Positions 18,556 through 30,902 are shown, counted from the first letter of the stretch. The stretch: DNA of 64,000 nt from an uncultured Eubacteriales bacterium (GCA_903835065.1 CAILLO010000077.1:127149-191148), one strand, 5' to 3'. A program made the numbers and translations. Notes: generated by a model not told the origin, from the letters alone.

Positions 18556-19743
18556 TCAAACCGACGACTTTTCCGGACGGGCCTCCGGGGTCCGGGGCTC
18601 GACGACCTCGAGACCGTACCGCGCCGCCATGCCCTTGATGTTGTCGACGAGGATGCCGCGGACGTCCTCGGGGCGGTCGAGGACGGCGAACTTGCCGAAC
18701 GAGAGAATGTAGCGGACGAGGTCGTAGAGGCTGCCGAAGGTCGCCTTCATCTTCAGGTGCTGGGAATGCGGCCCGTTGCGGATCCACGCGTGCTCGGAGC
18801 GCTCCCCGTGGTCGGTTTCGCAAGCGTTGTACGCGAACCGGCCGAAGACCTCGAACTCCGCCTCCACCGGCGCCTCGCCGTCGGGTCCCTTGATGCCGGT
18901 GCGGGTCAGGCGCTTGTCGGCGGAGTAGCGCTCCTGGGGCGTGAAGGCGTGGTCATGCAGGACGTCGAGCGACAGGCAGCGCATCGTGGTGATCGTGAAC
19001 GGCTTGAACCGCATCGTCTTCAGGGGGGCGTCCGCACTGTGCGTCTGCACGCCGCCGAGATAGTAGGTACCCTCGCGGTAGAACACGAAGTAGGGTTCGA
19101 CCTGGACGACATCCTTCACGCCCTCGCGGTCGACGTAGTGCATTCGGACAGGGTGGCAGCCGCGGATCGCCTCGGTGAGGCGCTCGACGTAGTGCCGGGT
19201 CATCGTCTCCGGGCGCGGCCGGTGCACGTTGAGGTACAGGATCTCAGGCTCGGCGACGCGGAACACGCGGCCCTCCTCGTCGATCCGGGCTTCCTCGAAC
19301 TCGCGGCCCATATGCTTCTTCCGGGAGGTCTCGCTGGTGGAGAGGATGTCGTCGAGCAGGCCGAGCCAGCGCTCGCGCTCGAGCAGTTCGCCGTGTTCCG
19401 CGACGAAGGCGCGGAGCGTCCGGAGGGAGCGGAAGCCCTCCGGCGTGCGGACGCGGAATCCGGGCCCGGCGACGGTCTCGTCAATCCAGTAGCCGCGCGA
19501 CTCCTCCCACCGGATATCGCTCCCCTGGGCGCGCAGGCTCTTGAGGATCGCGTCGAGGTTGCGGACAGTGACGTCGGCCGCCGCCGCGAGCCGCTCGCGG
19601 TTGAGGCACGGGCCGGTCCCGTCCTGTCCGCGCTCCCGGAGCGCCGCGAGCACCCGGAGACTCTTGGCCATCCGCGTGTCCGGCGCGGTTCCCTCTTCGC
19701 GCTTCCTGGCGGGACGTCCCTTCGGCCGCTTGGCGTTCGTCAT
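18556..19743 (-). CDS. WYL domain transcriptional regulator (wHTH-WYL-WCX)
   Basis: LAAAADVTVRNLDAILKSL...RGYWI wHTH; LTEAIRGCHPVRMHY...VEPYFVFYREGTYYL; YILSFGKFAVLDRPEDVR WCX-like end. Confidence 0.75.
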   Translation of the reverse strand: MTNAKRPKGRPARKREEGTAPDTRMAKSLRVLAALRERGQDGTGPCLNRERLAAAADVTVRNLDAILKSLRAQGSDIRWEESRGYWIDETVAGPGFRVRTPEGFRSLRTLRAFVAEHGELLERERWLGLLDDILSTSETSRKKHMGREFEEARIDEEGRVFRVAEPEILYLNVHRPRPETMTRHYVERLTEAIRGCHPVRMHYVDREGVKDVVQVEPYFVFYREGTYYLGGVQTHSADAPLKTMRFKPFTITTMRCLSLDVLHDHAFTPQERYSADKRLTRTGIKGPDGEAPVEAEFEVFGRFAYNACETDHGERSEHAWIRNGPHSQHLKMKATFGSLYDLVRYILSFGKFAVLDRPEDVRGILVDNIKGMAARYGLEVVEPRTPEARPEKSSV

Positions 19744-19859
19744 CGTCGCATCCCCCTGTCGGTGGCCCACATGAACCGATTCTACACTTTACGGTATAAT
19801 CGAGGCAACTCCGCCGCGCAGGCGGAGAGCCGCCGACGGCCCGAAAGGCAGGTACCCGG

Positions 19860-20699
19860 ATGACCCTGGACGCAGCCCTCGTCTACGCACTGCTCGGACT
19901 CTGCTCCGGAACCCTTTCGTACTTCCTGTTCCTGCGCATGCCCGAGCGCTGGATGCGTGACGTGGAGCCCGAAGGGGAGGTCGTTCCGCTGCCCTCGCCC
20001 CGCCTTCGCTTCTTCCCGCTCGGTCTGGTCTGGATCCTCGTCTGCGCCGGATTGTCGGTCCAGGCACTGGCCACCCACGGGTCCGGCGTCGTCGCCGTGC
20101 TGTGCGCCGTCGCACTGGTCCCGCTGTCGGTCCTGTTCGCCACCGACTGCCTGACCCGGATCCTGCCGGACCAGGGCGTCGTCGCGCTGGCGGTCGTCGG
20201 AGTCGTCCTGTTCGCCCTGGACCTCGTGCCGTCCCTCGCGGGCGCCGTGCCCGGCTCCCTGTCCGCGGGCACGCCCTGGTATCTCGAGGCGGCGAGCCGC
20301 GTCGGCGCCGGCTTGGCCGGCGGTCTGCTGCTGATCGGCGTCGGCTGGATCGGAAGCCGTCTGTTCGCCGGCGGTCGCGAGGCGATGGGGATGGGCGACG
20401 TGAAGCTCCTGGCCGCCGCAGGCCTCGTGTCCGGAATCGTCGGCCTGCTGGCCGTACTGTTGGTCGCCTTCGTGACCGGCGCCGTCTTCGCAGTCCCGGC
20501 CCTGGTCCGCAAGTACGGCCACCGCTCCGAAGAACCGGAGGAGGGGGCGGAAGCCGATGCAACCGCCGATGCCGATGCCGCGCCCGTTCCCGACGGCACC
20601 ATGCCGTTCGGCCCGTTCCTCGTTCTGGGCGTGGTCGCGGTTTTGTTCTTCCAGAACGTCCTCGCAGGGATCGCCTCCTGGTATCTTTCGCTTTTCTAG
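19860..20699 (+). CDS. Prepilin peptidase (A24 family)
   Basis: TDCLTRILPD, AMGMGDVKL, MPFGPFL; multiple TM segments; TATAAT at 19795-19800. Confidence 0.8.
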   Translation: MTLDAALVYALLGLCSGTLSYFLFLRMPERWMRDVEPEGEVVPLPSPRLRFFPLGLVWILVCAGLSVQALATHGSGVVAVLCAVALVPLSVLFATDCLTRILPDQGVVALAVVGVVLFALDLVPSLAGAVPGSLSAGTPWYLEAASRVGAGLAGGLLLIGVGWIGSRLFAGGREAMGMGDVKLLAAAGLVSGIVGLLAVLLVAFVTGAVFAVPALVRKYGHRSEEPEEGAEADATADADAAPVPDGTMPFGPFLVLGVVAVLFFQNVLAGIASWYLSLF

Positions 20700-20760
20700 G
20701 TCCGCCCGACCGGCTCCCGAATTGGGACGGCGCTCGCCCGCCCCGGAAAGGATGTCCCGG

Positions 20761-21810
20761 ATGAAGCACCAGGAGACGCCTTCACGCAGCCGCCCTCCCG
20801 ACACGCCGCGCGAGCCCGCTCTCGAGCGGGCCCTGCCGGGGAATGCTCTCGCCGACCGCCACGTCCGGGTCGCGCCCGGCACGCTGCTGATCGTGAACGC
20901 CGTGCTCGCGACGGTACTGCAGATCGCCTGGACGTTGATGCCGGACGGCGCCTTCGGATTCTCCAAGGCCTCCCTCCAGGGCTTCGCCGTCGCCGCCGCG
21001 CTCATGCAGGGTCTCTGCATCCTGCTGCCCACGCTGGTCGTCGCCGGCGGCTACCGCATCACGCCGCGCACGATCCTCGGCGCAGGGATGCCCCGTCCGG
21101 GCGGCCTCATCCTGGCCGCCGCGGCCGGCATCCCCGCCGCCGTGCTGTTGACCGGCCTCAACAACGTCGTGATCTACGCCTTCGCGAAGTCGGGCTTCCT
21201 CTTCCCCGCCACATCCGCGCCGCGCGTCACGACGTCCGGGCCGGAATCGTGGATCGTCCTTCTGGTCCTCTCCGTGGTCGTCCCCGGCATCGTCGAGGAG
21301 CTCATGTTCCGCGGCCTGATCCAGGGCGCGATGGAGCACTCCGGAGCGCGCGTCTCCGCGATCGTCCTCCCGGCGCTGGCCTTCGCGCTCTTCCACGCCG
21401 ACCCGCTCTTCCTGCTCGCACCGTTCGGCGCCGGGCTGCTGCTCGGCGCCCTCCGCCGATCGACCGGCGGCCTAGCCGCTCCGATCGCCGCGCACGTCTC
21501 CCTGAACCTCACGCTCATCGCGATCCGACCCCTGCTGCCGCAATGGCGCGACGCCGCGTTCTCCAGCGGGTTCGACGCCGAGTCGCTGCTCGGTGTCTCG
21601 CTCCTCGGCGCGATCGTGGCGGCCATCGCGACGGTCCCCGTCTATCTCGCCCTCCGCTCCCCCGCCTTCCACCGGCGGTCGCCCGCCACGCGCGAAGAAG
21701 ACCTCGGGCCGGAGCCGAAAGTCTTCCTCGAGTGGCGTTTCCTGCTGGGTTGCCTGCTGCTGGCGGTCTTCCTCGTCTGGCTCTACTCGTTCTCGCTGGC
21801 GCAGGGCTAG
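20761..21810 (+). CDS. CPBP (CAAX/Abi) intramembrane metalloprotease
   Basis: PGIVEELMFRG, FALFH, PIAAHVSLN. Confidence 0.85.
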   Translation: MKHQETPSRSRPPDTPREPALERALPGNALADRHVRVAPGTLLIVNAVLATVLQIAWTLMPDGAFGFSKASLQGFAVAAALMQGLCILLPTLVVAGGYRITPRTILGAGMPRPGGLILAAAAGIPAAVLLTGLNNVVIYAFAKSGFLFPATSAPRVTTSGPESWIVLLVLSVVVPGIVEELMFRGLIQGAMEHSGARVSAIVLPALAFALFHADPLFLLAPFGAGLLLGALRRSTGGLAAPIAAHVSLNLTLIAIRPLLPQWRDAAFSSGFDAESLLGVSLLGAIVAAIATVPVYLALRSPAFHRRSPATREEDLGPEPKVFLEWRFLLGCLLLAVFLVWLYSFSLAQG

Positions 21811-22601
21811 CCGACGGCCTTCGTCAGGGCGTCGTACACCACCTTGGCGAACAGCATCACGAGGACCAGCGCGAAGACGGGCTTGATCGCTTTCGCACCC
21901 TTCCGGATCGCGATGCCGGACCCGAGCCAGTTGCCGGCGATGCCGCAGGCCCCGGCCGCGAGACCCGGGACCCAGAGGATCTGCCCCGCTGCGAGGAAGA
22001 CCGCGAACGCCGCGTAGTTGGAGCTCAGGTTCACGACTTTCGCATTGCCGCTCGCGGTGCGCAGGCCGAAGCCGAGCACGAGGCTGTGGAGCATCAGGAG
22101 GAAGGTCCCGGCGCCGGGACCGAAGAAGCCGTCGTAGAAGCCGATCGTGAGGCCTATGGCCCCGCAGAGGAACCAGAGCCGGAAGCCGTGGATCTTCGGC
22201 TCCCGACGGTCCTCGGCGTCGTCGCCGTTCTTCCGCGTGAGGACGAGGACGGCGGCGACGGGGATCATCACGAGCAGGGCGGCGCGGAACCCCTCGGACG
22301 GGAGCGCGAGCGCGGCCTTCGACCCGAGGAAGGACCCCGGGAAGGCCAGCGCGGCGCTGGTCGCGGCGGCGGCGAGGTGGACGCGGCCGTGGCGGAAGTA
22401 GCGGATCGTGGACACCGTCGTCCCGAGGGAGGCCGACAGTTTGTTCGTGCCGGCCGCGAGGTGGGGCGGAAGACCGGCCATCAGGTACGCGGGAATCGAC
22501 AGCAGTCCGCCCCCTCCGGCGATCGAGTCGACGAAGCCCGCGAGGAAGATCAGGAAGCAGAGGAGCGCGAGGGTCAGCGGCGGGATCGAGGTCCAGTCCA
22601 T
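21807..22601 (-). CDS. TauE/SafE (TSUP) family transporter
   Basis: AGFVDSIAGGGGL, AAGTNK, GFYDGFFGPGAGTF; AAAGGA RBS. Confidence 0.88.
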   Translation of the reverse strand: MDWTSIPPLTLALLCFLIFLAGFVDSIAGGGGLLSIPAYLMAGLPPHLAAGTNKLSASLGTTVSTIRYFRHGRVHLAAAATSAALAFPGSFLGSKAALALPSEGFRAALLVMIPVAAVLVLTRKNGDDAEDRREPKIHGFRLWFLCGAIGLTIGFYDGFFGPGAGTFLLMLHSLVLGFGLRTASGNAKVVNLSSNYAAFAVFLAAGQILWVPGLAAGACGIAGNWLGSGIAIRKGAKAIKPVFALVLVMLFAKVVYDALTKAVG

Positions 22602-22715
22602 CGATTCAGTTCCTTTCCGGAAAGTCTTCTCCATGGTAGCAGAGGAAGGCCCCGTCTGCTACAATCGGGGGCGGATTCCGGCGCGCGGTCCGCGGGCCGG
22701 TCAGAGGAGGTTCCC

Positions 22716-23018
22716 ATGCTGAAGCACATCGTGATGTGGACGTTTCCCGAGCTGGCCGATGGCCATACCCGCGCCGAGAACATGGAGCGGGTCCGCGCCG
22801 CGTTGATGGCCCTGCCGGCCGTGATTCCCGAAATCCGACTCTTCGAGGTGCATGCGGACGTCGGAATCGACGCCAGCGCGTCGACGATGTGCCTGATTTC
22901 GGAATTCGAGGACGCGGACGCCCTGCAGCGCTACGCCGTCCACCCCGACCACCGGGCCGCATCGGCGCTGATCGCCCGGGTCCGGTCGGACCGGGCCGTG
23001 ATCGACTACAGGGTCTGA
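22716..23018 (+). CDS. Dabb family stress-responsive A/B barrel protein
   Basis: GAGGAGG RBS; MLKHIVMW...SEFEDADALQRYAVHPDH...AVIDY. Confidence 0.88.
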   Translation: MLKHIVMWTFPELADGHTRAENMERVRAALMALPAVIPEIRLFEVHADVGIDASASTMCLISEFEDADALQRYAVHPDHRAASALIARVRSDRAVIDYRV

Positions 23019-24265
23019 TCCCCGCCGGAGCTTGCCGGAGTCGCCGCTCGGCGCGGCAGCCGCGTCAGGAACGAGTCCGCGTCCGCCGGAACCGGCAGCG
23101 GCAATCGGACTTCCGACAAGGGGTGCAGGGCCGTCTGCAGCAGCAGCCCCTCCGCGTCCGTCAATCCCTCGACCATGAACTCCAGCGGTCCGCCCTTCGG
23201 CCGCAGCAGCGACAGGCGTTCTCCTCGCCCGAACCGGTTGCGCACGACGACCCGCGCGAATCCGCTCGACGGGTCGGTGCCGACGACGTTGCCGACGACG
23301 TCCGCCTCCCGCAGATAGTCGGCATCGGTGGCGTGCACCTGCGCGTCGTCCATCGGCGCGCCGTAGTAGAACCCGGTCGAGAAGGGCCGGTGGCTCGTGC
23401 GTTCCAGCAGTTCCATCCAGTCGTCCGGCGTCCCCGCGCCGGGCTTCCCTTCCAGGGCGTCGAGGGCCATCCGGTAGGCCTTCGTCGTGACGGCGGCGTA
23501 GAACGCGCTCTTCGCGCGTCCCTCGATCTTGAGGCTCGTGACGCCCGCCCGGCGCATCTCCTCGAGGTGCGCGACCATGCAGAGGTCGCGCGAATTCAGG
23601 ATGTAGGTCCCCTGGCCGTCCTGCTCCACGGGGAAGGACTCGCCGGGCCGCTTCTCCTCGACCAGCGCGTACTTCCAGCGGCAGGGCTGCGCGCATCGGC
23701 CCCGGTTCGCGTCGCGTCCCGCCATGGCCGCCGACAGGAGGCAGCGCCCGGAATGGGCGATGCACATCGAGCCGTGGACGAAGGTCTCGAGCTCGAGGTC
23801 GTCGGGGATGTCGGCGCGGATCTCCGCGATTTCGGCGAGCGTCAGCTCGCGGGCGAGGACGATCCGCTTCGCGCCTTGCGCGTGCCAGAATCGGCAGGCA
23901 CGGGCGTTCACGACGCTGGCCTGCGTGCTGACATGCAGCGCGACGCCGGGTGCCTCTTCGCGGGCGAGGGTGAAGACGCCCGGATCGGAGACGATGCATG
24001 CATCGACGCCGCACGCCGCGGCGTCCCGCACGAAGCTCCGGAGTTCCTGGAAGTCGGAAGGGTGCGCGAGGATGTTCAGGGCCAGGAACACCTTCACCCC
24101 GCGTGCGTGGGCGAAGGCTGCGCCTTCGGCCAGGTCCTCCGGGGTGAAGTTCGCGCTCGAGGCGCGTAATCCGTATCGGGTTCCCGCCAGGTAGACGGCG
24201 TCCGCGCCATAGGCCACGGCGGCCCTCAGCCTGTCGGGGGAGCCGGCCGGTGAGAGCAGCTCCAT
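23006..24265 (-). CDS. U32 family peptidase (tRNA hydroxylation YrrO/TrhP-like)
   Basis: MELLSPAG, GADAVY, HVSTQ, FVHGSMCIAHSGRCLLS, RGRCAQPCRW, SLKIEGR; GGAGG RBS. Confidence 0.9.
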   Translation of the reverse strand: MELLSPAGSPDRLRAAVAYGADAVYLAGTRYGLRASSANFTPEDLAEGAAFAHARGVKVFLALNILAHPSDFQELRSFVRDAAACGVDACIVSDPGVFTLAREEAPGVALHVSTQASVVNARACRFWHAQGAKRIVLARELTLAEIAEIRADIPDDLELETFVHGSMCIAHSGRCLLSAAMAGRDANRGRCAQPCRWKYALVEEKRPGESFPVEQDGQGTYILNSRDLCMVAHLEEMRRAGVTSLKIEGRAKSAFYAAVTTKAYRMALDALEGKPGAGTPDDWMELLERTSHRPFSTGFYYGAPMDDAQVHATDADYLREADVVGNVVGTDPSSGFARVVVRNRFGRGERLSLLRPKGGPLEFMVEGLTDAEGLLLQTALHPLSEVRLPLPVPADADSFLTRLPRRAATPASSGGDQTL

Positions 24266-24275
24266 GGGAAGCCTC

Positions 24276-25388
24276 CTACTGGCCGTAGTACTTGGAATTC
24301 TTGATATTGGCGAGGTGCTGCGTGAAGGTCGACGCGAAGGCCGTGTTGCCGTTGCCCATCGCGACGAAGTACAGGTAGGTCGTCTTGTCGGGCCAGAGGG
24401 TGGCGCGGATCGCGTCGGAGCCGGGGTTGCCGATCGGCCCGGGCGGCAGGCCCTTGTTCTGGTAGGTGTTGTAGGGGCTCTGGAACTTGATGTCGGCGTC
24501 GGTCGCGATATAGCGCCGCGCGAGCCCCTGCTCCTCACGAAGGTAGTTCAGGCTGGCACAGGACTGCAGGAAGTTCATCGTCGGGTCCTTGGACTTGAGG
24601 CGGTTCCAGAAGACGCTCGCCACGGTGCCCATGTCGGTCAGCTTCGCGGTCTCGTTCTGGACGATCGAGGCCAGCGTGATCACCTGGTCCATCGAGAGGC
24701 CGAGGACCTGCGCGCGGGCGTAGAACTCCGGCAGGTACTTGTTCTCGGCGTTGTTCAGGAACGTGCGGAGGATCGTCTCCTCGTCGGCGTTCATGTCGAA
24801 TTCGTAGGTGTCGGGGAACAGGTACCCCTGCAGGGTCCAATCGCGGCCAGCGGTGACCGGAATCGCCCGGACGAAGTCGTAGTCGAGGAACAGCGAAGGG
24901 TTCTTGACCATCGCGTCGAGTTTCTTCTCGTCGAAGTACACGCCCGCGGCGGTCAGCTTCGCCTTGATCTGCTTGTACGTGATGCCCTCGGGGAAGGTCA
25001 CGGTCACCGACTTCGGCTTCTGCGAGAGCATGTACATGATTTCGTCGTAGGTCATCGAGGCGGTGACGAAGTGCGTCCCCGCCTGGTACTGCCCGTCGAA
25101 GCCGTTGACCTTCGAGAGAAGCGTGAACAGGAACGGGTTCGCGATCACCTTCTGGTCGGAAAGCAGCGCCGCGATCGCCTTCGTGGTCGCAGCGCGAGGA
25201 ATGACCACCATCTTGGCGCCCGCGGTATCGGGACCGATCGTCGTGCCGCTCGTGGAGAACGCCTCGAATCGGGCGTTCTGGGCGATCACGTAGGAGTATC
25301 CGAAATAGACGCCGATGCCAGCGACGACGAGGGCCAGGACGAGGAAGACGACCACGGACAGGAACTTGAGGGCTCTGCGGGAGAACAT
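24276..25388 (-). CDS. mltG: Endolytic transglycosylase MltG
   Basis: N-terminal TM, TFPEG, GYLFPDTY, LASIVQNE, SPYNTY..GLPPGPIGNPG, YLYFVA. Confidence 0.9.
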   Translation of the reverse strand: MFSRRALKFLSVVVFLVLALVVAGIGVYFGYSYVIAQNARFEAFSTSGTTIGPDTAGAKMVVIPRAATTKAIAALLSDQKVIANPFLFTLLSKVNGFDGQYQAGTHFVTASMTYDEIMYMLSQKPKSVTVTFPEGITYKQIKAKLTAAGVYFDEKKLDAMVKNPSLFLDYDFVRAIPVTAGRDWTLQGYLFPDTYEFDMNADEETILRTFLNNAENKYLPEFYARAQVLGLSMDQVITLASIVQNETAKLTDMGTVASVFWNRLKSKDPTMNFLQSCASLNYLREEQGLARRYIATDADIKFQSPYNTYQNKGLPPGPIGNPGSDAIRATLWPDKTTYLYFVAMGNGNTAFASTFTQHLANIKNSKYYGQ

Positions 25389-25393
25389 CGGAG

Positions 25394-27244
<1,851 letters not shown>

Positions 27245-27247
27245 GTG

Positions 27248-28576
27248 CTACTTGTTCTCCCTTTCTCTTTCCCGCAGGATGAAGCGGATCGGCGTTCCTT
27301 CGAAGCCGAAGCATTTGCGGAACTGGTTCTCCAGGTACCGTTCGTACGAGAAGTGCATGAGCTCCTTCTCGTTGAGGAAGAAGACGAATTCGGGCGGGCG
27401 GACGCCGACCTGGGTCGCGTAGTAGATCCGCAGGCGCTTGCCCTTGTCGTTGGGCGGCGGGGACATCGCCATCGCCTCGGCCAGCAGGTCGTTGAGCATG
27501 CCGGTCGACAGGCGCAGGCAGGCCTGGGCGTAGACGTGGTTGATCAGCTCGAACAACTTGGGCACGCGCTGGCCGGTCTTCGCCGAGATGAACAGGACTG
27601 GCGCGTACTGCAGGAAGACGAGGCCTTCGCGGATCGACTTCTCGTACAGCTCGAGCGTACCCGTCTCCTTGTCGACGAGGTCCCACTTGTTGACGACGAT
27701 GATGCAGGCCTTGCCGCTGTTGTGCGCGTAGCCCGCGACCTTGGTGTCCTGCTCGGTCACGCCGTCCTGCGCATCGATCAGCACGACGCAGACGTCGGCC
27801 TTCTCGATGGCGGCGAGGGCGCGGATCATGCTGTAGCGCTCGATGTCGTCGTCGATGCGGCTCTTCTTGCGCAGACCGGCGGTGTCGACGAGCACGTACT
27901 TCCCGTGTTCGTTGACGAGCGGCGAGTCGATCGCGTCGCGGGTCGTGCCCGGGACGTCGGAGACGATCGTGCGCTCCTCGCCGAGCATGCGGTTGACGAG
28001 CGAGGACTTGCCGGCGTTGGGCTTGCCGATCACGGCGACGCGGATCTCGTCGTCGTCGTCGTCGTGTTCTCCGGCCGGCGGGAAGTGCTCGTATAGCGCG
28101 TCGAGCAGGTCGCCCGTGCCGAGCCCGTGCACCGACGACACCGGGAAGATCTCGCCGAGCCCGAGGTTGTAGAATTCGTAGGCGTCGGGGGCCATGGGGC
28201 CCGGTCGGTCGGACTTGTTGACGCAGACCACGATCGGCTTGCCGGACTTGCGCAGCAGCGTGCCGACGTCCTGGTCCGCGGCGGTCAGGCCGGCCTGGAC
28301 ATCGACCATGAAGAGGATCACGTCGGCGGTCTCGATCGCGATCTCGGCCTGCGAGCGCATCTGCCGCAGCATCGCATCGTCCGTCTGCGTCTCGATGCCG
28401 CCCGTGTCGATCAGAGCGAACTTCCGTCCGCGCCATTCGGCTTCAGCGTACACGCGGTCGCGCGTCACGCCCGGCGTGTCGTCGACGATCGAGATGCGGC
28501 TTCCGGCGAGGTAGTTGAACAGCGTCGACTTGCCCACGTTGGGGCGCCCGACGACGGCGACGATCGGCTTACCCAT
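27248..28576 (-). CDS. der: Ribosome biogenesis GTPase Der
   Basis: Two G domains ([12 protein letters not shown] and [16 protein letters not shown]), FGFEGTPI. Confidence 0.97.
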   Translation of the reverse strand: MGKPIVAVVGRPNVGKSTLFNYLAGSRISIVDDTPGVTRDRVYAEAEWRGRKFALIDTGGIETQTDDAMLRQMRSQAEIAIETADVILFMVDVQAGLTAADQDVGTLLRKSGKPIVVCVNKSDRPGPMAPDAYEFYNLGLGEIFPVSSVHGLGTGDLLDALYEHFPPAGEHDDDDDEIRVAVIGKPNAGKSSLVNRMLGEERTIVSDVPGTTRDAIDSPLVNEHGKYVLVDTAGLRKKSRIDDDIERYSMIRALAAIEKADVCVVLIDAQDGVTEQDTKVAGYAHNSGKACIIVVNKWDLVDKETGTLELYEKSIREGLVFLQYAPVLFISAKTGQRVPKLFELINHVYAQACLRLSTGMLNDLLAEAMAMSPPPNDKGKRLRIYYATQVGVRPPEFVFFLNEKELMHFSYERYLENQFRKCFGFEGTPIRFILRERERENK

Positions 28577-29969
28577 GTCGTATCCCCTCCCTGGCATCCC
28601 GGGTCAGCGCATCCAGCGCCTCCAGCAGCCCCGATCCGGTCGGCGGGGCCACGGCGATCCTGCATCCCAGGGTCGCTTCGGCCTCCTGAAGCGTCACACC
28701 GTCGAGGAAGACCTCCTCGTCGGCCTTGAGCATGCAGGCGGGAATCAGCAGGTGCGGCGCCTCCCCGGCGCCTTCCTTCAGGCCCGCGTCCGCGAGCGGG
28801 GCGCGCAGGGTGGCGACGAGGTCGGCTCCCGTCACGAGGCCCGCGACGGTCACGGTCTCGCCGAAGAAGCGGTTGGCGACCGGGTGCACGCGGAACTCCA
28901 CCCCGTAGGCCGGCCCGGCGCGGCGGCCCGCCTCCTCGAGGAAGGGGGCGGCGTCGGTCCCCGTCGCGATGTGCACGACGGCGCCGAGCGGCGCGACCGG
29001 CAGGCTCCTGCGGCGGCGGCGGGCGGCGAGCCCCTCGCGGAGCTCGCGGCGGAAGAGGGCGATAAGCCCCACGCCGTTCTCGAGCTGGGGGTAGTCCTCG
29101 TAGTAGCCCTCGCCCGGTATCGGCAGACCGGCGCGCAGGTACAACTCGTCGGCGGCGTGGACGGTCGCGGTGCCGCGGCTCTCCGTGAAGGCCGTCCGCC
29201 AGCGGTCGACGCGCGCGATCGTCTCGCGGGCGGAGTCGCGGTCGTACGGCAGGAGGCCCGGCAGGCCCTTCAGGTCGCGGTAGCGCGTCAGGCCGACCGG
29301 CACGGCGGCGACGCTGCCGAGGGCCGCGCCCAGCGTGTCGAGGTCGCGCATCGTCCGGTCGAAGGCCTCGCCGTCGTTCCAGCCGCGGCACAGGACGATC
29401 TGCGCGTTGACGCGGATGCCGGCGTCGACGAGGCGGCGGAGCTGCTCCATGATCCGGCCGGCGAAGCGGTTGCCCATCATGCGGACGCGCAACTCGGGGT
29501 CGGTCGTGTGCACGGACACGTTGATCGGCGACAGGCGCAGCGCGATCAGGCGCTGCATCCCGGCTTCGTCGAGGTTGGTCAGGGTCACGTAGTTGCCGGA
29601 GAGGAAGGACATGCGGAGGTCGTCGTCGCGGAAGTACAGCGTCGGGCGCATGCCGTCGGGGAGCTGGCGGATGAAGCAGAAGACGCAGTCGTTGCGGCAG
29701 CTCCCGCAATCGTCCATCAGCGCGTCGTCGAACGCGAGTCCGAGATCCTCGTCCTCGTCCTTCTCGATCTCGACCTCGAGCTCCTCTCCGTCGGCCTGGC
29801 GCACGAGCACCGTCAGGGCCTCCACGGCCGTGCGCGTGCGGTAGTCGAAGCGGTCGAGGACGGGCTTCCCGTCGATCGACACGAGGACGTCGTCCGGCTG
29901 GATGCCGGATTCTTCGGCGATGCTGCCGGGTGCGACCTGCGCGACGGTCCTGTGGGCATCGGACGACAA
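28569..29969 (-). CDS. PDZ + radical SAM DUF512 protein (TIGR03279-like)
   Basis: PGSIAEE..IQPDD PDZ-like start, CRNDCVFCFI, DDDLRMSFL.GNYVTLTN, YPQLENGVG; upstream of der. Confidence 0.85.
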   Translation of the reverse strand: MSSDAHRTVAQVAPGSIAEESGIQPDDVLVSIDGKPVLDRFDYRTRTAVEALTVLVRQADGEELEVEIEKDEDEDLGLAFDDALMDDCGSCRNDCVFCFIRQLPDGMRPTLYFRDDDLRMSFLSGNYVTLTNLDEAGMQRLIALRLSPINVSVHTTDPELRVRMMGNRFAGRIMEQLRRLVDAGIRVNAQIVLCRGWNDGEAFDRTMRDLDTLGAALGSVAAVPVGLTRYRDLKGLPGLLPYDRDSARETIARVDRWRTAFTESRGTATVHAADELYLRAGLPIPGEGYYEDYPQLENGVGLIALFRRELREGLAARRRRRSLPVAPLGAVVHIATGTDAAPFLEEAGRRAGPAYGVEFRVHPVANRFFGETVTVAGLVTGADLVATLRAPLADAGLKEGAGEAPHLLIPACMLKADEEVFLDGVTLQEAEATLGCRIAVAPPTGSGLLEALDALTRDAREGIRHG

Positions 29970-30075
29970 ACTTCGGTTCTCCTTTCAAACGAAAAGCAGC
30001 GCGTCTTCTTTGCCGAAAACCCGCTGCCTATCGTCTTCTCAAGCGGACGGAACCCCTGGGCCTTCCGGCTTCGGG

Positions 30076-30270
30076 CTACTTGGACTTCTTGTCCTCCGCC
30101 ATCTTGACGATTTCCTTGCCGTCGTAGAAGCCGCAGCTCTTGCAGACCTTGTGCGGCATCTTCAGGGTATGGCACTTCGGGCAATCGACCAGACCGGGGA
30201 CGCTGAGCTTCCACTGCGACCTGCGGAGGCCGGTTCTCGCCTTGGACCATTTGCGTTTCGGATTCGCCAT
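30076..30270 (-). CDS. rpmF: 50S ribosomal protein L32
   Basis: MANPKRKWSKAR...CPKC...HKVCKSCGFY. Confidence 0.95.
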   Translation of the reverse strand: MANPKRKWSKARTGLRRSQWKLSVPGLVDCPKCHTLKMPHKVCKSCGFYDGKEIVKMAEDKKSK

Positions 30271-30313
30271 CTTACGTTCCCTCCATCATGGACCGCACCG
30301 CCCTGTCCGGACG

Positions 30314-30844
30314 CTACAGCAGTTCCCTCAGTCGTCCGAACGGCGACTTCTCCGAGTCGTCCCGTTCGTCGTGCCCGCAGTCCCGTTCGTTCCGGTCCGC
30401 GAAGCACACGGTGCAGAGTCCCCTGCAGTCCTCCCTGCACAGCACGCGGGCCGGCAGCGCCAGGAGCAGGTCGTCCCGGAGCGCCTCCGAGACATCGATC
30501 GACCATCCGTCGAAGCGATATCCCGTTCCGTCGTCCTCTTCCTTTTCCTCCCGACGGCCGACATCCGCGTGGTATCGGCTGCGATAGGTCTCGACGACCG
30601 GCACGGAGAGCGCTCCATGCACCGGACGGAGGCACCGTCCGCAGTCGCTTTCGTAGGAAGCCGCCACGGTCCCCGAGAGGACCAGCAGCCCGTCGCCCGT
30701 GTTGGCGACCTTTCCCGTGAAGGTCACCGGTTCGGAAAACCGGAATCCCGGGAAGGCCAGGGCGATCGAGTCCGGCGTGCCGGAGAGCTCGACCGGAAGG
30801 GATTCTCCGGTGCTTCGTGCGATCGGTTTGATATCGACGAGCAT
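30314..30844 (-). CDS. YceD/DUF177 family protein
   Basis: CGRCL, LCREDCRGLCTVC; directly upstream of rpmF. Confidence 0.9.
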   Translation of the reverse strand: MLVDIKPIARSTGESLPVELSGTPDSIALAFPGFRFSEPVTFTGKVANTGDGLLVLSGTVAASYESDCGRCLRPVHGALSVPVVETYRSRYHADVGRREEKEEDDGTGYRFDGWSIDVSEALRDDLLLALPARVLCREDCRGLCTVCFADRNERDCGHDERDDSEKSPFGRLRELL

Positions 30845-30902
30845 GAGGCCCCTTTCACAGACGCGAATCGTATTATATTCAGAAGCGCCCGTCGTGTCAA
30901 TG

